A stretch of DNA of 58,965 nucleotides, taken from IMG/VR virus record IMGVR_UViG_3300044654_000030, positions 1-58,965 of that record; one strand, given 5' to 3'. The stretch is from a virus (taxonomy: Duplodnaviria > Caudoviricetes). Shown piece after piece: positions 36,096 to 44,856 of this stretch; the first letter of the stretch is position 1, and the number at the start of each line of letters is the position of its first letter. The notes under the pieces were generated by a model. That model did not search any database. It saw nothing but the letters and a program-made list of their open reading frames with translations, and was not told the origin of the DNA. The position numbers and the translations under genes were made by a program.

Positions 36096-38648
36096 TCAAC
36101 CTCCCGGGGGAATGATGCCGAACTGCTGCAAGAAGGCGCGCCGCTGGAGGTGCTGGGGGTGCCCCGCGCCGTACCAGCCGGTGACGTCCTGGAACCACGA
36201 CGCCGGGGTGTAATACGACTCCAGGGCGGCCTGGCCGTAGCGCTGGGGCAGGAGCTGGCGGATCGTCTCGTGCATCGGGCTGCCGGGGACCGTCGCCCCG
36301 GGGATGCGCATCAGCTCGTCGATCGCCTCCTCGTGGGACTGCTTCTCGTTGTACCCCGGGTGCGACTTGTCGAAGTACCGGCCCAGGACCGAGAGGTTCG
36401 GGTCGGAGCGGATCGCCTGGTACGGGTCGGCCCCGGCGCCGGCGGCCGGGTTCATGGCCCGCTGCACGGCCGGGATGTCCTCGGCCTTGCCGCCCTGCGT
36501 CAGCACGAACGGGGCGAGCAGCCGCGGGTCGTTGGCGACCGCCCGCAGGGAGGCGAGCGGGTCGCGGGCCGCCTGGACGGCCTGGGCCCGGTAGTGCTCC
36601 CCCTGGGCAGCGGCGAGCTGGGCCTCGGACGCGGCCCGCTGCCGGGCCAGGTCCCCTTCCTGGAGGGCCTGGAAGGCGGCGACGGCCTGGTCCGGCGAGC
36701 CGTGAGCCGCCATCCATCCCAGGCGCCACCGGCCCTCCGTCATGGGGTCGAGCGTCGGTTGCGGCGGGCGGGACGCGAGGGGGTCGGGGCCGCGCCCGTC
36801 CAGCCACCGCAACGTCGGCGAGTCCCGCTCCTGGGAGGCCGGTGCCGGGGCCGGGGCGGCGCCGGCGGCAGGCGCCTCGGCCGGGGACTCCGACGTCTGG
36901 CGCAAGAGCTGGGCCCGGCCCGCGCCCGGGGCGCCGGCCGCCCGGGCGACGGCGGCGGCCGGCGGCGCCGTGGCATCCCGGGGCATGAGCTGGCCGGGGT
37001 GCTCCTCCGCCCAGCGGATCTCCGCCAGCTCGTCCGCGCGACTGCGGTTCGGGTCCGGCGGCGGCGATTGCGTGCCCGCGATCGACGCCGGCTCGCCCGC
37101 GGCGAGGACGGGGGCGGGGACGGTCGGGGCCGCCGGCGCCGCGGGCGCGGCCCCCGGCTCCCAGGAGCGCTTCAGGGCCAGGCCCTCCTCCGGCGTCAGG
37201 TCCCGCCCCCGGGTCGCCGCCGAGTGGAGGCGTGCGCCGCCGAGCTGGAGCATCTGCCGGAACCCGGCGGGGTCCGCCCAGGCCGGGCCGAGCACGTACT
37301 GGCCGAAGTTCCAGGCCGCCCGCGCGGGGATGGTGACGATGCCGTGGAGCGGAGTGGTCAGGTCATACCACTCCTTCGCGGTCTGCGGGCGCCGTCCCGG
37401 TCCCATGCCGGTGGTCGCCTTGAAGGCGTCGCTCACCTGTTGGAGGGCGCCCTGGCCCATGCCCCGGAGCGTCGCGCCGGGGTGCGTCATCAGGCCCATC
37501 AGGGCCTCGCCCGTCTCGTCGGGGTAGGCTAAGGCGCCGACGGCCGCCGCGTTGATAGCGGGCATCGCCCGGCCCATGAACCGGTCCGCCCGCGCCCCGA
37601 GCCCCGGCCGGGGCGTCGCGGCGGCGGCCGCGCCCTCGGCGGCGGCGGGCGGGGCGGCGGCGGGCGGGGCGTGGGCGGCGGTGGTGGTCGTGGTCGTCGC
37701 GGTCGGGTCGGGGGGCGGGGTGCCGCCGGTCGGGGGCGGGGTCGCACCAGCGGTCGGGGGCGGGGTCGCGGACGGCGGGACGACCGGCGCCGTCGGGGGT
37801 GGCGGGGCGGCCGGTGCGGGCCGGGTGGCCCCCCCTCGCGGGGAGGGCACGACCGCCCCCGCCCAGGACCGCATCCGCTGCGCCCAGGACCGCGGGGCAG
37901 CCGGGGCGGGCGCCGCGGCCGATGGAGTCTGGGCGTGGGGCGGCATGTAGGGCGGCGGCTGTCGGGGCGGTGCCGATGCGGAAGCCGGGGTCGCGGGCGG
38001 TGCGCCGGCCGGCGCCCGCCTGGGCAGCCGGGCCGCGGCGGCGGCCGGGGTCGTGACCGGACGGGGCGTTCGCGGCAGGGCCGCCGCCGCCGGGGTCGTG
38101 GGCGGGGCGCCGGCCGGCGCCTGCGGGGCCGGGGTCCGGTAGGGCGTGTAGTCGGAGCCCGTGGACCGGCCGCCCTGGGGGGACGGCACCCGCGGCGGGT
38201 GGTACGGCGCGTAGCCGCCCGTGGACCGGCCGCCCTGGGCGGACGAGGGCGTGAACCCCGGACCCGGCGGGGTCGGGCCCGGCAGCGGGATCGCCGGCCG
38301 CTGCGGGCCGGGCGCCGGGAGGGCCGCCGTCGGGCGGCCCGGGGGCAGGGCGCGCGGCCCGGTCGCCTGCTGGTAGGTCGGGCCCGGGAGGGTGTATCGG
38401 GGGCCGGGAGGCGTCGCGATCGGCACGGGGTCGGGGGAGAGGGCGGCGCCCCGGGTCGGATCGAACCGCCGGGGCGGCCGGGCGAGCAGGGCCGCCGGAT
38501 CGGACGCGGGGGTGGGGACGCGGACCGGCCTCGCCGCGCCCCGGGCGGGGTCGAACCGCCGGGGCGGCCGCTCGACCTGGCCCCGCCAGAAGTCGGCGGC
38601 CGACTCGTACGGCCAGGTCGGGCCGGGGAGGGTGTACGGCGGGGGCAT
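36096..38648 (-). CDS. Low-complexity Pro/Ala-rich putative internal virion protein
   Basis: 850 aa; internal duplicated motifs. Confidence 0.6.
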   Translation of the reverse strand: MPPPYTLPGPTWPYESAADFWRGQVERPPRRFDPARGAARPVRVPTPASDPAALLARPPRRFDPTRGAALSPDPVPIATPPGPRYTLPGPTYQQATGPRALPPGRPTAALPAPGPQRPAIPLPGPTPPGPGFTPSSAQGGRSTGGYAPYHPPRVPSPQGGRSTGSDYTPYRTPAPQAPAGAPPTTPAAAALPRTPRPVTTPAAAAARLPRRAPAGAPPATPASASAPPRQPPPYMPPHAQTPSAAAPAPAAPRSWAQRMRSWAGAVVPSPRGGATRPAPAAPPPPTAPVVPPSATPPPTAGATPPPTGGTPPPDPTATTTTTTAAHAPPAAAPPAAAEGAAAAATPRPGLGARADRFMGRAMPAINAAAVGALAYPDETGEALMGLMTHPGATLRGMGQGALQQVSDAFKATTGMGPGRRPQTAKEWYDLTTPLHGIVTIPARAAWNFGQYVLGPAWADPAGFRQMLQLGGARLHSAATRGRDLTPEEGLALKRSWEPGAAPAAPAAPTVPAPVLAAGEPASIAGTQSPPPDPNRSRADELAEIRWAEEHPGQLMPRDATAPPAAAVARAAGAPGAGRAQLLRQTSESPAEAPAAGAAPAPAPASQERDSPTLRWLDGRGPDPLASRPPQPTLDPMTEGRWRLGWMAAHGSPDQAVAAFQALQEGDLARQRAASEAQLAAAQGEHYRAQAVQAARDPLASLRAVANDPRLLAPFVLTQGGKAEDIPAVQRAMNPAAGAGADPYQAIRSDPNLSVLGRYFDKSHPGYNEKQSHEEAIDELMRIPGATVPGSPMHETIRQLLPQRYGQAALESYYTPASWFQDVTGWYGAGHPQHLQRRAFLQQFGIIPPGG

Positions 38649-38651
38649 CGC

Positions 38652-39710
38652 TCAGCCTCCGGGCAGGTTGTAGCCCCGGGGGCCCGGCCCGATCCGGACG
38701 CCGCCCTGGGGCTGGAAGCCGCGCGGGGCCTGGAGGAGCTGCGGCTGGGGCTCGCCCGCGAACGCCTCGCGAATCCGGTCGTAGCCCCGGGCCATCGTGT
38801 CGGCGTACGCGGTCGGGCTGGTGACGAGCGTCCCCAGCGCGTTCAGGGTGTTCCGGGCCGCCGCCGCCGGCCCCGCCACCTGGGGCGACACCACGGCGCT
38901 CGCCAGGTCGCCCCAGCCCTCGCCGGACGCGAGCCGGCCCAGGCCGGCGTTGAACGTGTTGTGGTGGCCGGTGTCGTACCCCAGCGCCCCGGCGACGGCG
39001 TCGTACGGCGACCGCAGGAAGTCCGTCGAGGCGGGGCCCAGGGCATCGACGGCCCCGCCGATCGTCTCCATCGGGTGGCTCGCGAACCGGAGGGCCCCCT
39101 CGGGGTCGGCCGCCGCGGCGGTCGCCAGGTTCAGCCCGACCCGGCCCGCCATCCCGCCGGGGGTCCGCAGCAGCCCGCGCCCGGGCGCGGCGGCCGGCTC
39201 GCGGCCGGCGACGAGCCCGGGGCGCACGGCCGGCTCCGGGAAGCCGAGCCGGGACGCCCCCGAACGGATCGGGCCGCGGGCGGGGGCGGGGGGGCGCGCC
39301 GGGGAGGCCGGGCCCGTCCCGGCGGGGTACACGGGATGGGCCGGGTCGAGCGGCCGCAAGGGGGCGGCGACCGGCCCCGGGGGGGTCGGACGCCGGATGG
39401 GATAGGCCCCGAACGGCATCTGCGCGATCCGCTCGTCGGCGAGGTGATCCACCAGGCCCTCGTAGCCCGTGCGCGGCAGGGGCCGCACCGGGAACATCCG
39501 CTCGCCCAGTCGGGCGCCCGCCTTCTGGATCGTCTCGCCGAGGAGGGTGTCGTCGCCGCCGCGGCGGCCGATCGTCCCCGGGCCGGCGGACAGGGCCGGG
39601 GAGAGGCGGCGGAGCACCCCGCCGGCGCGCCGGAGCATCCCGCCGCCGGGGCCGCCCGCGGCGGGGGCGGGCGGGTTCGCCGCCTGGGAATCGGGCTGGT
39701 CAAGAGGCAT
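38652..39710 (-). CDS. Putative internal virion protein
   Basis: 352 aa, Gly/Ala/Pro-rich; synteny. Confidence 0.55.
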   Translation of the reverse strand: MPLDQPDSQAANPPAPAAGGPGGGMLRRAGGVLRRLSPALSAGPGTIGRRGGDDTLLGETIQKAGARLGERMFPVRPLPRTGYEGLVDHLADERIAQMPFGAYPIRRPTPPGPVAAPLRPLDPAHPVYPAGTGPASPARPPAPARGPIRSGASRLGFPEPAVRPGLVAGREPAAAPGRGLLRTPGGMAGRVGLNLATAAAADPEGALRFASHPMETIGGAVDALGPASTDFLRSPYDAVAGALGYDTGHHNTFNAGLGRLASGEGWGDLASAVVSPQVAGPAAAARNTLNALGTLVTSPTAYADTMARGYDRIREAFAGEPQPQLLQAPRGFQPQGGVRIGPGPRGYNLPGG

Positions 39711-39720
39711 CGGCCGACCC

Positions 39721-41418
39721 TCAGAGGAGCCCGCCGATCATGGTCGCGACCGCCTGGAGGACGCCGACCTGGCGGGTGATGTTGTTGCGGTCGTCGTCCA
39801 GGAGCACCTGCTCCTGCTCGTGGAACTGCTGGGACAGCGCCTGCTGGCCGCGGAAGGTCGCATCGACGTTCGCCTGGGCCGCCTGGAGGCGGACCTGGCT
39901 GGCGGCCTCGAACGACGCGCGGAGCTGGCTGCCGACCAGGCCGGCCTGGAGCGCCAGGGCCAGCGGGCTGGCGGCGCCGAAGCCGCGGCCGGCCAGGTCC
40001 CCCTGGAGCTGGCGGATCGCCGCCTGGGTGCGGGCGTCGTTGCGGGCGTAGATCGCGTTGACCTGCTGCTGGAGCTGCGCCGGCGTGAACACCCCCCGGG
40101 CCGAGATGTACGGGGCGTTGACCCGCGCGAGCTGCGTCACCGACCCGCCCCCGCCCACCCCGCCGCCGTTGGGCGGGTCGAGCGGGCCCATCCGCAGCGG
40201 CGAGCGGGGGGCGTGAGCCCCCTGGCCGGCGACGCCACCCGGGGCGTCGGGCAGGAACCGGGACCGCGCGGGCGGGGCCGACACCCGGCCGTAGAAGCCG
40301 ACCTGGTCGCCGCCGGTGTCGCCGCCGGATGCCGACATCCGCACGACAGGGGGCTGACGCCCCCCGCTCGCATCGGCGGCCTGGGCGCGGAAGCCGAGGC
40401 CGCCGCCGGAGCCGGCGCCGCCGGTCAGGAAGGTGTCGGCGGCGCCCACGGCCTGCGTCACCAGCGGGAAGATCGCGTTGAACTTGTCGTTCGCGAACCC
40501 GAGCTTGAGGTTCAACCGGGCCGTCTCGGACTGCTCGTGGAGCTGGGCGGCGGCGTACTGGCGGTCGGCGGCGTAGGTCTGGGCGCCCGCCTCGGTGGTG
40601 GCGACCGTCGTCCGAGCGGCATACTCCTGGTCGGCGGCGTGGAAGGCCGAGTCCTTGGAGCGGTCGGCGCCGTAGTTCCGGGCGGCGGCGTCGATCGTGG
40701 CGACCGCCTGCTGGGCCGTGGAGTTGATGGTCGCCACGGTCGAGGCGGAGTTGGCCCCGATGGTGGCGACGTCGCGCTGGGCCTGGGCGCCGGTCGTGGC
40801 GACCGAGACCTCGGCGTTGGCCTGGATGGTGGCGACGTCCTTGCGGCTGCCGGCGTCGAGGGTGGCGACGTCGCGCTGGGCCTGGGCGCCGGTGGCGGCG
40901 ACGTTCTGGCTGGCGGTCGCGGAGGTCTCGGCGGCGGAGATCGTCGCCCCGGCCTGCGCCTGGGCGGCGCCGAGGTGGGCGTTCGCCTCGGTGGCGGCGA
41001 TCGACGTGTCGAACCCGCCCCGGGCGTTGAGCTGCGCCAGCTCGGCCGCGTTGCGGTCGGTGGCGATCCCCTTCTGGGTGTCGGCCTCGTAGAGGGAGGC
41101 GATCCGCTGCTGGTCGGCCGCGTACCGCCGCCACCCGTCCTCGATCAGCGCCAGCGCCTGGTCGGTCTGGTACTTGAGGGGGTTGATCGACTGGAATTCG
41201 AGGATGTGGCCTTGCGCCTCGATCGCGGGCAGGGCGAGTCGGGTCTCCGCCTCGATCTCCGCGACCGCGATCGCCGCCTCCTTGTTGCGGTCGGCGCCGT
41301 ACTTCTGGGCCAGCGCCTCCTCGTGGGCCGCCACGTAGGCCGCCTGGATGCGCGCGGCGGCGTCCTGCTGCGCCAGCGCCAGCGCCGATTCGAGGTTCGC
41401 CAGGCCGATGTCGGACAT
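39721..41418 (-). CDS. Ala/Thr/Gln-rich helical virion protein (ejection/pilot-like)
   Basis: 11-residue periodicity; TGAQAQRDVAT repeated. Confidence 0.6.
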   Translation of the reverse strand: MSDIGLANLESALALAQQDAAARIQAAYVAAHEEALAQKYGADRNKEAAIAVAEIEAETRLALPAIEAQGHILEFQSINPLKYQTDQALALIEDGWRRYAADQQRIASLYEADTQKGIATDRNAAELAQLNARGGFDTSIAATEANAHLGAAQAQAGATISAAETSATASQNVAATGAQAQRDVATLDAGSRKDVATIQANAEVSVATTGAQAQRDVATIGANSASTVATINSTAQQAVATIDAAARNYGADRSKDSAFHAADQEYAARTTVATTEAGAQTYAADRQYAAAQLHEQSETARLNLKLGFANDKFNAIFPLVTQAVGAADTFLTGGAGSGGGLGFRAQAADASGGRQPPVVRMSASGGDTGGDQVGFYGRVSAPPARSRFLPDAPGGVAGQGAHAPRSPLRMGPLDPPNGGGVGGGGSVTQLARVNAPYISARGVFTPAQLQQQVNAIYARNDARTQAAIRQLQGDLAGRGFGAASPLALALQAGLVGSQLRASFEAASQVRLQAAQANVDATFRGQQALSQQFHEQEQVLLDDDRNNITRQVGVLQAVATMIGGLL

Positions 41419-41443
41419 GCGGTCGCCCCCCGGGGTGCCCCTC

Positions 41444-41465
41444 CCCCGGGGTAACTACCCCGGGG
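41444..41465. repeat. Intergenic palindrome
   Basis: CCCCGGGGTA-AC-TACCCCGGGG. Confidence 0.7.
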
Positions 41466-41468
41466 CGG

Positions 41469-43028
41469 TCACGAGGGGCTCTGGTCCTTGAAGTACGCCT
41501 TCACGTACTTCACGATCGCGTCGGCGGTCAGCAGCGACGAGCAGTCCCCCTTGTACTGCACGTACTGGGGGAGGTTGATGTCCTTGACCATCGCCCGGAA
41601 GAGCTGCCGGGTGCCGGGCTCGATCCCGGCGTAATACTTCTGGACCTGGCCGATGATCGGCGGGGCCTGGACGCCGACGGCGTCCAGGAACTCGTCGTGC
41701 GGCGGGTCGAGGACCCGCTTGGCCGCGAACCCGTCGGTGGGGTCGTCGCCGGGGTACGGGTAGTAGAAGAGGTCCGGCCCCCCGAACGTCGCGTTCATGT
41801 AGGCATAACTGTACGGGAAGATGAACTGGAAGCTGTGCAGGCTGGCCCGGTCGGCGTTGATCGCCCCGGCGTCGAAGTCGGGCGGCGTGATGTCGGGGAA
41901 GGTGAAGATGTGCGTGACGAGGTTGCGGTACTTGGCGGCGTTCTGGGCGTAGGAGGACGCCTGGACCCGGCAGATGGCGTCGTACCCCTGGTCGTGGTAC
42001 AGGTTGTCGCCGGAGCCGTCGGGCCCGAAGCCGAGGTCGGCCATCAGCCCCGGCGGGCGCCACTCTCGCCGCTGGCCGTCGAAGGCCGGCAGGTCGGCGC
42101 GGAGGTAGGTCCCCAGGAACACGTCCCCGTACGCCTGCCCCTCGGGCACCATCGGCCACCCCGTGTAGCTGTACAGGTCGGCGCCGGGGTCGGTCCGCCA
42201 GGCGAAGTGGCCGATGTACAGGTGCAGGACGTTGCAGCCGAAGTGCGGCGGCCCCGACAGCAGGCAGGGCACCCCGCCGAAGTGGAAGTCGAGCTGGTTG
42301 CCGGTGTCGAGGGGGACGGGGAAGCTGGAGTCGATCGGCCCGAAGTCCGTGTAGAAGACCCCCTCGTCGCCGGTGTGGTTCTTGGGATTCTGCGGGACGT
42401 TGTTCGGGTTGTGGTCGATCAGGTGCGGGAACGACGGGACGGTCCGCCACTGGAAGTCGGCGGCCCGCGGCACCCAGTGCGGCACGACGCAGAAGACCGG
42501 GTCGGGGCCGGACTCCAGGGTCTTCTTGGCCTGGTCGAAGGCTTGGCCGAGCTGCTGGACCCAGTTCCACCAGGGGTTGACCCACCGGCACACGATGCGG
42601 CGGTAGCGGATGTTGGGGTTGACCAGGCCGAGGTCGGGGTCCTCGTTGTACTGGAGCATGTGCCAGTAGTGCGTCGGCCCCCGGGTGCCCACCCCGATGT
42701 TGATCCCGATCGTGTCGTAGGGGAAGATCCAGACGCCCTGCTTCCAGAGCAGGGTCCAGTTCGCCAGGACGGAGAGGATGACGACCTTCGGGACCCGCAG
42801 CAGCGAGTCGGCCTTGAGCCAGTCCTGGGGGTAGTCCTTCATCACGCCCAGGTCGTAATTCTGGAGGACGTCCAGGCTCTGGGCCGAGCCGAACATCGTG
42901 TGCCCCTTGGTCTTCGCGGAAGGCCGGTCGCTCCAGAGGAACTGCGACCGGCGCATGCTGCGCGTGCCGTCGCCGTCGTTCTGGAGGATGCCCTGGGCGA
43001 CGTTCCGCTGGGCCGGGGGTGGGCTCAT
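41469..43028 (-). CDS. Hypothetical virion-associated protein
   Basis: 519 aa, aromatic/Asp-rich, in tail module. Confidence 0.7.
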   Translation of the reverse strand: MSPPPAQRNVAQGILQNDGDGTRSMRRSQFLWSDRPSAKTKGHTMFGSAQSLDVLQNYDLGVMKDYPQDWLKADSLLRVPKVVILSVLANWTLLWKQGVWIFPYDTIGINIGVGTRGPTHYWHMLQYNEDPDLGLVNPNIRYRRIVCRWVNPWWNWVQQLGQAFDQAKKTLESGPDPVFCVVPHWVPRAADFQWRTVPSFPHLIDHNPNNVPQNPKNHTGDEGVFYTDFGPIDSSFPVPLDTGNQLDFHFGGVPCLLSGPPHFGCNVLHLYIGHFAWRTDPGADLYSYTGWPMVPEGQAYGDVFLGTYLRADLPAFDGQRREWRPPGLMADLGFGPDGSGDNLYHDQGYDAICRVQASSYAQNAAKYRNLVTHIFTFPDITPPDFDAGAINADRASLHSFQFIFPYSYAYMNATFGGPDLFYYPYPGDDPTDGFAAKRVLDPPHDEFLDAVGVQAPPIIGQVQKYYAGIEPGTRQLFRAMVKDINLPQYVQYKGDCSSLLTADAIVKYVKAYFKDQSPS

Positions 43029-43041
43029 TTGACGGCCATTT

Positions 43042-44037
43042 TCACTTGATCCAGACCGGCGGCTGGGCGTAGTAGGTGCCGTCGGTGCCGAGCCGGGCGA
43101 TCGGGAAGAGCCAGGTGTCCTGGGGGATCTCGTCGTCCTTGCTGATCTGGAGGATGACCACCTCCACGTCGTCGCCGCGATCCCCCTGGGGGCCGTCGGG
43201 GTAGAGCGTCACCTTGTAAGTGTCCCCGTTCCGGTACTTCCCCCCCATGTCGGCGGTGAACTTGGAGACGACCTTGCCGGCCAGGACGCCGGCGCCGCCG
43301 TCGCCGGGGTTGTCCACGTCGAGCGTGGGCCAGTCGGCCCGCGTCCCCTTCAGCGGCACGTACCGCTTCGCCTTCGGGTTCCAGACCTCGGGCGGGTGCT
43401 CGAACCGCACCGGGGCGGCCCGGAACGACGCCGGCCCGTCCACCTCGAAGATCGGCCCGGACCCGGCCGGGGCGGGGGCGGGCGTGCGGGCGGAGGCGGA
43501 CTGGACCCGGCGCCCGGCCGGCGCCGGGCGGGCATCGGCCGGGGCGGGCGTCGGCCCCGGGGGCGGCGCCGGGACGTCCCGCCGCTCGGACGCCTCCGGG
43601 AACGCGAACGCCCCCGCGGGGATCTCGTAGGTCCCCTCGGGCTGGGCGAAGAGGCCCTCGGGCGTCGCGAACGTGCCCGGGGGCGCCAGGAGCGTCCCCT
43701 CCGGGATGTTGAACGTCCCCTCCGGCAGGGCGAAGGTCCCCTCGGGGGTGGAGAACGTCCCCTCGGGGAGGGCGAAGGAGCCCGGGCGCATCGCGAAGGT
43801 GCCCTCGGGCAGGGTGGTCTTCACCAGGGCGGGCGGCGGCGGCGCGGGGGCCTCCCGGCGCCCGGCCCGCTCGATCCGCAGCCCGACCTGGCCCTCGGGC
43901 ACGCGGATCGTGACCGGGCCGTCGTGCTCGGCGGGCCGCGGGGTGCGGTCCGCGAGCATGGCGTACAGCTCGCGGACGAAGCCCCGCCAGTCCTGGAACG
44001 GCGCCAGCAGGCGTTGGGGATTGCGGATGCCGAACAT
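43042..44037 (-). CDS. Tail-associated protein with heptapeptide (xPEGTFx) repeats
   Basis: Likely start MFGIRNPQ at 44037; about 10 repeats. Confidence 0.7.
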   Translation of the reverse strand: MFGIRNPQRLLAPFQDWRGFVRELYAMLADRTPRPAEHDGPVTIRVPEGQVGLRIERAGRREAPAPPPPALVKTTLPEGTFAMRPGSFALPEGTFSTPEGTFALPEGTFNIPEGTLLAPPGTFATPEGLFAQPEGTYEIPAGAFAFPEASERRDVPAPPPGPTPAPADARPAPAGRRVQSASARTPAPAPAGSGPIFEVDGPASFRAAPVRFEHPPEVWNPKAKRYVPLKGTRADWPTLDVDNPGDGGAGVLAGKVVSKFTADMGGKYRNGDTYKVTLYPDGPQGDRGDDVEVVILQISKDDEIPQDTWLFPIARLGTDGTYYAQPPVWIK

Positions 44038-44069
44038 GACCGACAGGGGGCTCACGCCCCCCGCTCGCT

Positions 44070-44810
44070 TCAGCCGAGCACCAGGTAATTCCACTTGTAG
44101 GTCGTGGTGGCGGTCAGGGCGGCCGACCCCGACGTCACCGTGAAGGCGGTCGTCGAGATGCCGGCGGCGCCGGCGAAGACCTGCGTCGTGCCCGTGAGGG
44201 CCGCCGCGTTCGCCTCGGCCGGGGTCAAGAGCACCGTCTTGGGGGCGGCGGCCCGCGCGGCGCTGAAAGTCACGGTCACGATCGTGGCGCCGGTCGCCGG
44301 GCTGGCCCCCGCCGTCACGGTGATGACGCCGTTGGTGTCGGTGCCGCTGATCGAGACCGTCGGGCTGGTGCCGGCGCCGGCCCCGGCGGCGATCGTCGGC
44401 GTCGTGTTGCCGGTGAACGGCCGGCCCAGGCTGTCGAGGCCGAACAGGACGGCGGCGGACGAGTTCTGGGCCTCCAGCAGGTCGGCCGTCTGGCCGGCGG
44501 CCGCCGTGACGACCAGCCCCTTGTGGGCCGCGGCGTCGATCGTGATCGTCTGGGGCGCGACCGTGAAGGTGTTCGCCACGCCCAGGCCGGGGTACGTGGC
44601 GACCAGGCTGGGGATGTCGGCGGCGACCAGGGCCCGGAACGTCGGCGCCGCGGCGCCGCCGGAGGTCGGGCCGGCGTAGACCTGGTTGGCCGACTGGGTC
44701 GCCTGGGCCAGGCCGGCGCCGGCGGCGATCTGGGTGGCGATGTCCTGGGCGGCGGGGGCGCTCGCCAGGGCGGTCGTCAGGATCTGCTGGGTGTTGTACG
44801 AGATGCTCAT
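44070..44810 (-). CDS. Ala/Thr/Gly-rich tail fibre/spike-like protein
   Basis: ANQVYAGPTSGGAAAPTFRALVAADIP and GTDTNGVITVT motifs typical of phage fibre proteins; RBS GAGGA. Confidence 0.7.
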   Translation of the reverse strand: MSISYNTQQILTTALASAPAAQDIATQIAAGAGLAQATQSANQVYAGPTSGGAAAPTFRALVAADIPSLVATYPGLGVANTFTVAPQTITIDAAAHKGLVVTAAAGQTADLLEAQNSSAAVLFGLDSLGRPFTGNTTPTIAAGAGAGTSPTVSISGTDTNGVITVTAGASPATGATIVTVTFSAARAAAPKTVLLTPAEANAAALTGTTQVFAGAAGISTTAFTVTSGSAALTATTTYKWNYLVLG

Positions 44811-44856
44811 GGGTGCGTCCTCAAGCGAGCGGGGGGCGTGAGCCCCCTGTCGGTCG

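Noticed and set aside
31961-36115. Very long alternative-frame and antisense ORFs (e.g. 31961..36115, 44807..47872, 45646..48288, 5397..7565, 19287..21416)
   Set aside because: Arg/Gly/Pro-rich shadow ORFs expected in high-GC DNA; they overlap better-supported genes with coherent GC3 bias.
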